This document shows, piece by piece, positions 47,101-57,800 of a stretch of DNA of 64,000 bases (positions are counted from its first letter, which is position 1; each line of letters starts with the position of its first letter). The DNA is taken from assembly GCA_030141605.1 (NCBI GenBank), contig JAQGDQ010000003.1:2728001-2792000 (forward strand), read 5' to 3'. The translations under genes were made by a program, and so were the position numbers. This DNA is from Tubiluchus corallicola. Taxonomy: Eukaryota; Animalia; Priapulida. The notes beneath the pieces are model-generated. The model was not told where the DNA came from. It was given only the letters and a program-made list of their open reading frames with translations, and made no database searches.

Positions 47101-50100
47101 TCAGTTGTTTTTAAACAAATCTGTTTTACATTTTTTATGCCATTTGGGATCTTTCTACAGTAGCGTGATTGATAATGGACATTTTAACAAAATATTAAGT
47201 TTTTTTGTTAACCTGATGTGTCACTGCTTGCATTGCATTGTTATTCTACATAGCGTTTGATTTATTTGTTTTACCAAAGTTAAAAGTGAACTTTTCTTTA
47301 ATGTAAATTCTGTTTTAGGTATTGTACATTCTGATCTGAAACCAGCCAACTTTGTACTCGTTCATGGTGACTTGAAACTGATAGATTTTGGAATTGCAAA
47401 TGCTATTCAAACTGACAAAACTAGTGTTACCAAGGACTGCCAGGTTAGTATATTTAGCTAACATTGATTTGTTTACATTGTTTACAGCTATTTTATGCTG
47501 TGTTGTGTATTGCTTACACGCCTGTGTTGTTTACTGTTTTTTCAGTTAGAATGTGGCAATTGCAGCATATCTTTTGACATTGTTTTGATGTTTAAAATAT
47601 TGAACACCTTTTAAAATAATTTCACCTAACCTGTAGGCATATAAGTGATAACGAATTTCAAGATGTATTTTTAAGCTTTATTTATGAAGAGTGTTTTCTT
47701 GTCCTTAAAAACAATTGTTGGTAGATATAAATGTACGTGAAAGGATGTTGGACAAGTAGAAGCTATTCCACTCTCTCATATGGCTAATCATTGCAAAGTT
47801 TTTTGATTCCACAAGGTGGTTAGTTTTGATTGCTAAGCTCTCTTAAAATATGCATTTATCCTCTAGGTTGGTACGCTAAGCTTCATGAGTCCCGAAGCTG
47901 TATTAGATGTCTGTGACACTCCAGCTGATGCTGATGGAAAGCGGAAAAAACGTTATAAGGTTTTAATTTTTTGCAAATTTGTTTAGAACTTGAACTGTCA
48001 TTGCTTAAAATAGGCATTTGAAGAACAGATAGTTTACAATGGCGATACTGTTTAAAATATTTTGTCATTCATCATTTCAAAGATTGCAATTTCTTGCTTT
48101 TATCTTATTATTTTGGATTTTCTTTATTTTATATATTTTTATTTTGCTGTTGCTGTGAATAGATGGGTAAACATTGTTTTAAGTGACTTCTGACACTTAA
48201 CATTATGCACAGCATCTACAGAAATTTTGCATTTACAATTTTATACAGATTATTTTTTGTCCTGACAAAATGACTATGTGTATTACAGATTAGCGTCAAA
48301 TCCGATGTGTGGTCACTAGGCTGTATTTTGTACAACATCGTGTACGGAAAAACTCCTTTCGGTCATATTACCAATATTTTTGCTAAACTGCAAGCACTTT
48401 CAAACCCTGAATATGAGATTTCATTTCCGGATTGTGGTGAGCCCGAGCTAGTCGATACACTGAAGGTTTGATATTTTTGTTTGCACTTAGGTACTGTGAT
48501 ATCATTTCTACATTATACTACTTACTGTCCGCTAATTTTTAGTGAAATTAATGTTATTATGCTTATGTTTATACAGCATTGTTTACAACGAGATCCTAAA
48601 TGCCGTGCCTCCATAGATGAACTTTTATCTCATCCGTACTTACAGCAGAAACAGCCGGGTATGAATTATAATGTAGTTCAGTTATTATCAGTATTTGTTT
48701 TACAACAGAATTTAAGCACTACCTTTTTGCACTTCAATTACCAAAAATGCTACAAACTTGAGATTCTGATAGTTGGGTTGTCGAAATAATGTGTGAATCA
48801 TATGATGGCAATGTTTTGCCAGTATGTTATACTGAGGTGAAAGAAATAGCAGAGTTTTCGCTCCAAGTGCTTGGCAACCGAATTTAAAATTGGCATCAAG
48901 GCTGGTCATTGATTGGATGGGTGACCACCATCTTCGGTACTCTTTTTGGGAGAGTAAATGTTTTTGTTCACCATACTGTTTACTTTTAGAGGTAGGATGC
49001 ATTTACGTGCAATAGTGGCTAAGATACCTTTGCTGTTTCATTGTCTCATCTTAGAGATTCAGCCTTGTTAATGAAGGAGTGAGGTTCTGGTCTCACCACA
49101 ACCATCCACATTGAACCGCCATGTTCTTGAATGCTCTGTTAGGGCATGCAATGTGCCAAGTTGGTTTATTAAGTATAATTACTTTAGCCCTTGAAAATGT
49201 GCGCATGCTGGAATGTTTTTGTTTAATAGTTCTGGAATTAAAAATTAACTAGACCGGTGTTTAAGTCATCAACTTAAGATTCTGCAATACAACTATTACT
49301 GAAACTGGAATGGTAACATCAGTGCGCAATACGATTGCCTGAATCTGTTCAGTGTTTGTACCCTACGACCTAGGAAATATTTGCTGACCATTATCTTTTC
49401 CCTCAATATCATTGACAAACCCTTATTCTAACACTTTTTACGCGTGTCACTTGACCTGGCCATGCCTACTTTCTGAAAAATGCTTAATGCGCGTCTACCC
49501 TTATTGGCTACCTACACTTACAAAAATATATGCTCCCAGTCTTATATTGTAAGAGGAGTTGAATGACAAATCTATTTGCCCTAATTTTCAAACTTACACC
49601 TATTTCTATGACCTTTGATCTAGAGATCACTGTTCCCATGCTCTCTGAGAACCTATCTCAGATGTCTGCGCTGCAACTTTCATGATTCTAGATCTTATAA
49701 AAGATTCAGTTTTAACATTTTTACCTGCATCACATGACCTGGCCATGCCTGCTTTTTGAAAAGCACTTTATTAATGTTTTTGTTAGGTACCCCGGTACCT
49801 GATTAATCCGAGCCTAATATTTCTACCTGATTCTAACAATGAAAAATCTGACATTGTTAAATTTTGTAAAATGATAGGGAATTTCGTTAGGGAATTTAAA
49901 CTTTAAACGCTACCTTTGCTGTGCACTTGTACAGTAGGTACCTACTAAAACTTCTACAGTAGTACCACTGCGTTGGCGGGCCGGGATAACAGCCAGCAGG
50001 GAGATGGCAGATCAAACATTTTTTGCCATAGAGGTGACTTACAAAAAAACAAAGTATGTTTCTTTATCAAGATTAACCTTTAAAAACCTATTTCAAGCCA

Positions 50101-52114
50101 CTAACAAAGATACGAATAGACGGATTTGTAAGTTTAACGGTACCTAAAAAGGATATGGATTGTTTTATTCCCTTGATCACTACATTGTATTAATAGTGCC
50201 AGGTGTGGTACTATATAGGCAGACGTAGTTGACTCATTGATAAAGCATGCAATTAAGTAATTAAGAAGTCTGGCAGATAAAAAATCAGTCAAATGCCTTG
50301 TGGGGAAAACACTAACTTCTGTGACTTATAGCTTGTGTGTTCTGGTTCTCAGGGTGTAATAAATGAATGCCTGTTGTTAATATAACAGTACAACAGTTAG
50401 CTAAAATGCACCATTAGTTGTTTTTATTTGTTAAATATAAAGGATTATAGTTTCTTCACTGCTGCTGAATCTTAACAATTGGGTACACCAGTACCCTGCG
50501 GGTATAACGAAAATGGTACCCGAATCTGATTGTTGCTACCCGGGTAAACACTACATTTAATGCACATCTATCCTTACCTGGCGACCGATATATGCGAAAA
50601 CATAGTATTGCTGTAGTAGTTACATTTGTGCTTTGTTCCCTGAATAAAACAATGGATAATTTCACTTATCTTGAAGAAACAATTCTAATTTTTAAGGTGC
50701 CACATGTCACATGAGCTATGGTTTTTGATGCATTTATTCATAACGTTTAATTTGAGCATACACTTACTTATAACATGTCTTAAATCTATTTGGTTATTTA
50801 TTTGTTAGCCATTTTTATAGTTAACTTATATTTTACAGCGCCAACTGCAACAGTCGGGGTTACTGAGGAAAAGCTAAAGAATTTCCTCGTTCAGCTGTCT
50901 CAAGTTAATGTAAACTCACCTCGAACACTTTCAACTATCACTCGTGGAGTTATGCAGCATTTGCAGACTGGACAAGATTTAGATGCAGCAACCATTTTCG
51001 GCCATCGCACGGTATTTGCATGTCTAAATTTTCTTAATAAATTATTACAGTGTTTCGCAACTGTTGTATTAAGCCCCTAGTCACATAGAGCAAGGCTTGT
51101 GAAATTTTTAATGCACATTTAGTTTTCTGTAGCTTTATTTTCACAATGCCAATTGCTTATAAGATTTTGTATTTGTATGCCACAGGAACTATAATAGGAA
51201 CTTCTTAACAACTTTTGACATTGATGTAACACCAGCCAAGAAAGCAATGTATGTTGTAAGGAGAAGAGAGAAGAATGGTTTCAAACTGTTTGCCCATACA
51301 TTGCATATCATACATCATATGAATTGCTCTTTCATCCCCAATACTGCCTGTAACCCATTCCAGTAATTTGGCAAATATAAAAATATTGCAACAATCTTTT
51401 GTTTTTTTCGATAAACTATTGGTTTATTTAGTTTTAAAGATTTATAGTGCACTTTGCTGTAAAAAAGAACTATAATGTATTTGTTTTGAGATAATGCACG
51501 GCAGTAGCTTAGACTGTAATCTGCAATGTGTTAAGTATATAGACTGTAATGCGATAACTACAAAAGTTTGTAACGTGTGTTTATGAGAGAACGTGTTTCT
51601 AGTAAATTTTCATGTGAAAACAGTTTTGCTATAACCACATCCGAAATAATGATCAAAATTAAAACTGAGTTTTTGCAAGTTTCACAGCATCGACTAGAAT
51701 TGCTATGTACTTTAAATTAAAGAGAAACGGGATCGTGTTAGACTTCGTAATATTTATATGGTGCATGACATACAGCTTGACATGGAGTCATCGACATAAG
51801 TCAGTTTTAGAAGTGGATAAAGAGATGAGATTTGTAAGTCAAAGGTCAAGACTGTGTGCATTTATCCAGTTCGAAAATAAACAATCAAACAAAAGCACAA
51901 ACTAGGTGGAATGTTTCTGGACTTTCCAGTAGTTGGTGCAGTTGTAATGCCAAGTACAATACCAAGTTTTTTTATAGTACATACATAACACAAATCGCAC
52001 ATTATGCACTTCTTGATGAAAACCTGTATTAGCCTTTAATCCTATTCTACTTTTTAGGACAACAAAGCAGCCTCACCTCGATTGTCAGAAAAGGAGAATT
52101 ATCGTCCAGTTTAA
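35137..52114 (+). CDS. TTK: Dual-specificity kinase Mps1/TTK (spliced gene, ~974 aa)
   Basis: 15 phase-consistent exons totalling 2925 nt: 35137-35194, 38477-38582, 39407-39562, 40418-40608, 41484-42572, 42859-43015, 43710-43845, 44159-44316, 46618-46784, 47319-47443, 47867-47959, 48289-48465, 48577-48658, 50839-51011, 52058-52114. Mps1 signatures [48 protein letters not shown]...GKTPF. Confidence 0.92.
36804..36933. repeat. Tandem duplication, 2 x 65 bp (one mismatch)
   Basis: CGATCTCCCCCATCACAATGCTTG...ACATTGTTTTTTC occurs twice. Confidence 0.95.
37845..38055 (-). mobile_element. CR1/L2-clade LINE 3' end fragment
   Basis: Minus-strand translation (frameshifted) [10 protein letters not shown]...[32 protein letters not shown] matches the CR1 ORF2 C-terminal pattern (RGH..KL...FFS.R....WN.LP..VV.A..LN.FK.RL). 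Confidence 0.7.
38477..38582 (+). CDS. TTK: TTK exon 2
   Basis: [34 protein letters not shown]; GT|GTAAGT. Confidence 0.7.
39407..39562 (+). CDS. TTK: TTK exon 3
   Basis: [17 protein letters not shown]...SAED; phase 2-2. Confidence 0.75.
40418..40608 (+). CDS. TTK: TTK exon 4
   Basis: [22 protein letters not shown]...PFMPT; G|GTAAGT. Confidence 0.8.
41484..42572 (+). CDS. TTK: TTK exon 5 (large S/Q-rich, likely disordered exon)
   Basis: Corresponds to the 360-aa track ORF; TAG|GT acceptor, CAG|GTGGTG donor. Confidence 0.85.
42859..43015 (+). CDS. TTK: TTK exon 6
   Basis: [11 protein letters not shown]...KDSN; AA|GTAAGC. Confidence 0.8.
43710..43845 (+). CDS. TTK: TTK exon 7 (G-loop)
   Basis: [21 protein letters not shown]. 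Confidence 0.92.
44159..44316 (+). CDS. TTK: TTK exon 8
   Basis: [52 protein letters not shown]. Confidence 0.92.
44376..45269. mobile_element. Non-autonomous Tc1/mariner-superfamily (pogo-like) MITE, copy 2
   Basis: TIRs CAGTAGGCGCCGCTTAATAGACTCA / TGAGTCTATTAAGCGGCACCTATTG with TA flanks; shares internal blocks (e.g. CTGGAAGCTAAA, GCAGCCGACTTTGAA, AAACCTTTGCAGTGCATA, CGGTCCCAAAGTGAGTC) with copy 1. Confidence 0.85.
46618..46784 (+). CDS. TTK: TTK exon 9
   Basis: [16 protein letters not shown]...[16 protein letters not shown]. Confidence 0.92.
47319..47443 (+). CDS. TTK: TTK exon 10 (catalytic loop, DFG)
   Basis: [41 protein letters not shown]. Confidence 0.95.
47867..47959 (+). CDS. TTK: TTK exon 11
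   Basis: [14 protein letters not shown]...KRYK. Confidence 0.9.
48289..48465 (+). CDS. TTK: TTK exon 12
   Basis: [24 protein letters not shown]... Confidence 0.93.
48577..48658 (+). CDS. TTK: TTK exon 13
   Basis: [22 protein letters not shown]. Confidence 0.92.
49245..49820. repeat. Degenerate interspersed repeat with internal duplicated TGACCTGGCCATGCCT motif, followed by an hAT-like end
   Basis: Motif repeated near 49452 and 49735; GGTACCCCGGTACCTGATTAATCCGAGCCTA near 49786-49816. Confidence 0.4.
50839..51011 (+). CDS. TTK: TTK exon 14
   Basis: [22 protein letters not shown] resembles the Mps1 C-tail (L.QL..LNSP). Confidence 0.85.
52058..52114 (+). CDS. TTK: TTK terminal coding exon
   Basis: TTTTTAG acceptor; [18 protein letters not shown]. 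An alternative EL* exon is possible at 51186-51194. Confidence 0.65.
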   Translation, partial: DNKAASPRLSEKENYRPV

Positions 52115-53659
52115 ACCAAGCATTCCTTTCAGCTAAGAGCTTGGTATACAGTTGAAGAGAACCCCAGACAAGTCTCTGTTGTCGTTACATAACATATAGC
52201 ATAACTCTGTACTGTAACTAGGGTTCCTAAAATGTGGTATAATGGTCTTAATTGATGTTGTGCAGCAAAAATTGTAAATTAATTATTGTGTTGTTTTTCT
52301 AGCATGATCATAAATGCTCATGTTCAAGCAAAATGTTAATCACTTGGTTAAAGTTTATTAATTTTGAACAGTTGTACACAAAATGCATGGACTTGCAGCG
52401 AATCATTGATACTGGAACAAAAATATTACAATCTGGTATCTGTTTGAAGCAGAATTTGCACTTTCTATGTGTATTCAACAGAGTTCTCACTACAGTCAAA
52501 CAGAGAAAAATTCTGATACCAAAATGATGTACGAAAAAAACATCAGTCAGAATAATACCAGCAGTTTTTACTACAGTCCCTGACTGCGCACGAACTTTTG
52601 TGTAATTTAGACATCACGAGACGAGACAAACACACAATTACAAACTAAAGAATTCTATGGGTGCTATCAAACTCAAAATTGTGCGGAAATTGTCAACTAT
52701 GACTCTAAAATAGTTTACAATCAGCTTGTGATTGTAGAATGCGCTGTAGAGTATGATACTAGTCTACGAACGTTGTGACTATTGAATGACATCAGTTCTG
52801 CTCCCACAATCACAAACATTCAGTATTGTAGCGCAAAAACTTTCTGTTGTCTCTGTCAGCTGCAGTTTAAAGTATAGAATACTAAAATAGCTATCACCTT
52901 TTGTTTTTTCAAGCCAGGCCAACTTTGTTTTTGGAAGACCTTCATCTCATTAATAAATTATTCTTATAAATTATGACACTAGTAATTGCCTTATGCTTTG
53001 TCACTTTATCTAATTAGTTGTTTACCATTTTACGTTTCGTGTAGCAATTTACAAGAATTTATAAATGTTTATTTATTAAGCAGTCAGCAAAAACAAAACT
53101 ACAATATTGTTATAGGGTAAAACAGAATTTGACAACTGAAGTGTAAACTGTCAGTGGAAGCATAGAAAATTTAAAATATTTGTAATCGTGGACATTATCC
53201 TTCTGTATAACCGTAAGAATTTTGAGGTCATCTTATCAATGTTTAAACTTCATAATAACAATAATTATAGTATGGTAATCAGATTATCCTGTTTTTATCT
53301 GTTGCATTACAAAACGTGTACAGACTTTAGAATAGGAAATAATGTCATTGGAGGTCTCAGTGGTTCAGTCTGCCATGAGGCATGGGTCTGTGAAACATTA
53401 TTTCTTCTGGGTATGTCTAAGAAATAAGTAACTGCATGAAACCTGTTAAATTTAAGAAAACCAAGAATTGAAGATTCCAGGAGGAACCACAAGAGGTGAC
53501 AATTCTTGTTAGTATAATGAAATGCCAAAAATTATAATTTTAAAAGCTAAGCGTGGTACTTTCTTGTTAATTATAAAAATTATAGAAACTCATTTCGTGG
53601 CAAATTTTGGCATTGTTAATGCTGTTTTTAGCTAATTATAAATTTAATCTCTCTTTATC

Positions 53660-53693
53660 AATAAAATATTAGTAATTAAGGTCAAAATTTATT
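53660..53693. terminator. Face-to-face poly(A) signals between TTK (+) and SUCLG1 (-)
   Basis: AATAAA (+) at 53660-53665 and TTTATT (minus-strand AATAAA) at 53688-53693; by eye the T/A skew flips near here. Confidence 0.4.
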
Positions 53694-54853
53694 TTTAATC
53701 AAATACATATCTTTGTACAAGATCATATTATCAGAACTTGCCACAGTGCAATTACTGAATCAAAATCAAGATTATAAACACGTGCACAATTTTATTTTTT
53801 GCAAGAGCATATCAATTTGTTTTGATTATTATATGAAATTATTTATGGTGTATCTATGCAGAATTTGAACGTATTTAAAATGTTTATGATAAACAACATA
53901 GTATGTATTAGCAAGCCAGTGTTACAAAAATAATTGAACAGGGAAACCTTGACAAATCCTTGGCAAAATCTATTTACAAGAAGCATTACAAGATAGTCAC
54001 TACTAATGAAAAATAGACCTTGAGCACAAGTACAACAAATTAATGTTGACTAATTACAACAAAAAGATTGTTGTTAATGAATTTGTTAACACAACAAAGT
54101 TCTACAAAAATATGGTAACAGTGTAAACAAAAGTTATTCTACCACTCTTTTACTCAGATTAGAACCTCCAAAAGTTTTTTTTAAGTCCATACTCACTAAT
54201 TGTAATATTACAAATTTTGCATTGAAATGGCACAGGTATCTGTTGAACAAAATCAACACGATAAAAAGTTGTTACAAACATGATAATCACATCTTTTCAA
54301 CAATAACTCCTATAAAGGTTAGAAAATCCTACGTGAGTAAATATTGTGATCACTGTCGATACACTCATCAAACAATGCCCAGGTCTAGTAAGTTAACAAA
54401 CCATTTTGCGACATAGTTAACAATGGATTCGGTAACTGTCTCTTTGTGACATAGCAAACGTTTACATGATTATAAATAATTACCAAAGCATTCTACATAA
54501 TCTACATGAACAAACATCACAATTGCACAGGCCATTTCACTTTCAGACCATCGAAAAATTAAACTCTTGCTACACAGTTCTTTGTGTTACAATGTCAGTA
54601 ATAGCACACGGTTGTAACATTCATATTAATACATCTCTTAAATCCTTTGGCATGAAGCCTATTTTATAGGTAAAATTAGAAATCACCGGATGCGATTAGT
54701 GCCACTAACATATCAGCTGAAAGCACGCGGAAAAGCTTGTCAAAAATTTGACGATGATGCAACTCCTGTTCTTTTCTGACAAAAAGCTCAAGCGGTCAAT
54801 ATGCCGAAAATTCACTATCACTAATACGGAATACTAGATCACTTTTGCTTTAC

Positions 54854-54880
54854 TCATATAATTCCTTTGTCCTTCATTGC
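54854..54880 (-). CDS. SUCLG1: SUCLG1 terminal coding exon
   Basis: TTTTTCTAG acceptor; AMKDKGII*; phase 0. Confidence 0.8.
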   Translation of the reverse strand, partial: AMKDKGII

Positions 54881-57800
54881 CTAGAAAAATAAACAAGAAC
54901 AGAATTAGAAAATATTGATAATTCAAAATAACATAAGGCATATACAACATTTATTTAGGTATAGATTTTTGCATTTGAAATGATATCAAAGGGCAAATTA
55001 TATGCATGCCCTTGTATCTATGCAACACTATTGGACATTGAAAGCTTCGAAAGCTATTTATATAAGTGGATTTCATCGCGACGAAAGTTTTGATATAATT
55101 ATTTGTGAAAATGAGCAATGTATACCAATGAACTGAAGTGCAAAAATAATAAAAATTGTCGAGCTCTGGTCACATAAAACAAGCTATCAACTTCTTTCAT
55201 TTGAAACTTAATCAACTATAACCATTATGTGGCTGAATAATTTAATTTCAGTTAAATCAACTTCCTATCTTGCAGGTACACGAAGGATGATAATTTAACC
55301 TACATAAATATCATAATAACACGTAGAAATTTTGGACTCCAAGGACGACAGTTACAAATGTGCCATTCCTTAAAAGCAAAAATTTGTTGCAGTATTGCCA
55401 ACAAGTGCCAAAAGTTTGAATAAAATGATTACCTAATAAGCACTCAATGTGGAGCAGTTTAATTGCCCTAGCAGGAAGTGTATAGCAAGAAGGAGCAAAA
55501 ACATGCCAAAACATATATTGCAACTTTTATATTTGCTCACCATGCAAAAAACTCGTAAAACGAAGCAGTTATAAAGGAGCTCCCTAACTAAATTCATATA
55601 CACACACACATACAAAATTGGTAAACTATGGAACAATAACTGCCATATAAAAATAATTAACTACATGTATATGTGACATCAAAGCAGAAAAAAATTTCTA
55701 TATAAAGAAAAGTAGTAAGTTCACCAGCTGGAAAGCATCAACTGCAAGAAAACAATGACAACATAGCAGACAAACTCCTTGGCATGTATAAAATACCTAT
55801 ACAGAGTAAAAGTTGGAAACTTCAAACCAAGAAAGGAGCAACAAAATACTGCTTTTGCAAAAGTGACACAAACATTACTAAAATAATCAGCATTTTGGGG
55901 CAGTATTTACCAATGTTGGTACTGCTAAATCATCATTTACTAGAAGTCTATAAGAAAATTTGAAAAAATATGGTAATTCAATTTTACCTTTCTTTAATAT
56001 AATGTACGTCCTTTTGTTTAAAAAATAAGACGTGCATTACATGGATTTTCATTTCACACAAACGGGAACATTACATTATACTTAAAATTTTACTGACTAA
56101 AATTGAATTGTATTACAAGAATCAGGGAATTTTAAATTTGGAATAATGCAGAGTAAACACATGAAAGCCATTCCCAGGCAGCAGAGTAAAGCAAAGAAAT
56201 GAATAAAATGACTGTAAATGGATGGTGTTATACCTTTCGCCAATATCCGTCGTATCGCTTTTCAAGTATCTATATCAGAAAACAACTCATACAACTTAAA
56301 ATATTATACGTTAGTTATGCACATGATGCTAAATATTACATGACTAACTTATTATTACTGTTTATTCTGTGCAAACCCCACTTTTGGATATTACTAGCAA
56401 CTCTTCTATGTATGTACCACAACATGCAATACTATTAGTCTAAGATGCTAAATTATAAGTTTAATATAAAAAACACAACTACAAGCCAACTCAAAGACAA
56501 TCAACCAGGAAAACAAAATAAGACAGTAACACAAGTTGACCACATTTGTAATCTGTGAAAACAGTGACGAGAGAATTTCACCAAGCAATATTGGTTTCTA
56601 CATAAACCTGTGACTGATACTTCTTGAGAAACTGTTCACTGTGTTATCACAACCACGCTGATAAGATAATACGTTAATATGGCCTTTAATAATTTACACA
56701 ACTTCAAATAATAGAAAATGCTTCCAAGTTCCTTTCTTTTCTACATAAAAAGTATTTATGTACAGTCTTCCAATCACTCTTGGACATAACTGCTTCAAGA
56801 TCAAGACAGATAATAGATAAAATTTTAGACATTTTAAAAAGGCTGAATGCTGAAATCAAAATCACTGCAATAACCTTCCTTCCCAAACAATTTTGGACGT
56901 ATTTTAGAAAATATAATAATCATGTAACGATACAATATTTGCTGCATGCATATAAAAAGCATAAAATTCAAAACCTTGACAATACTAAATCTTTAAAGGG
57001 GCAGAAAAGGGAATTTTAAAGTATGTCCTAAAAAACTTTTCATGCAAAGTTACATCACATAGCTTCACGTTTACTTGTTTGAAAGATTTATGTAACCAGA
57101 AAAGAAAATTCTTAAAGATTTAAAATGTTCATGCCCACAGTTAAAATGACACTGACTTATATTCCCAGTGTGAACCACTGACTCACCAAATGTATTTTTA
57201 ATCTTGTTAACAAGATAAACCAATTTGTCTAACTTCATTTCAAACTACAGTTACTGTTAGAATGACTGCGCCTAACGATCATCACGGGAGTTTAAATTTT
57301 CAAATTTTCTGCAGCGTTACTGATAATGCACGCTCTATATGCAATAAGACAGCATGTAAGTGATACAAAACTTCAAGGCGAATTTTTTAAGCTTTATATT
57401 AGTAAAGGGTTTTCTTGTGAACTGAACTTAACAGAAATCAACAGAAATTTCAAAATCACACTGTGAAATGCAATTAAAAATTATTGTTAGTGCTAGAACA
57501 TGCAATTTTATTTTAAAACCCTTTGATTTTGAAAGCAGTCATTTTGAGACACTAATCTTTTTATGTTAATACAATTTGATGCTGCAAGCCAAAATCCCAG
57601 CTTACAACAGCAGGACTTACTAATAATGATGAACAGCTATAGCAGGACTGGAATCCTGCTCATTAAAGCCAATTTTCAAGTAATGTTGAAGTGCATATAC
57701 GTCTTTCCCCAGTGGTTCGGAGTATTTTTTATTCAGAAACTTGCCAATTTAGTGCCAATCAAAAGATCGCTCATTCTGTTCTATTTAGAATTTTTAATAA

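Noticed and set aside
54700-54856. Selenocysteine or readthrough at the SUCLG1 TGA
   Set aside because: The stop is at the normal C-terminal position, its context is not TGA-CTA and no SECIS-like structure was recognised.
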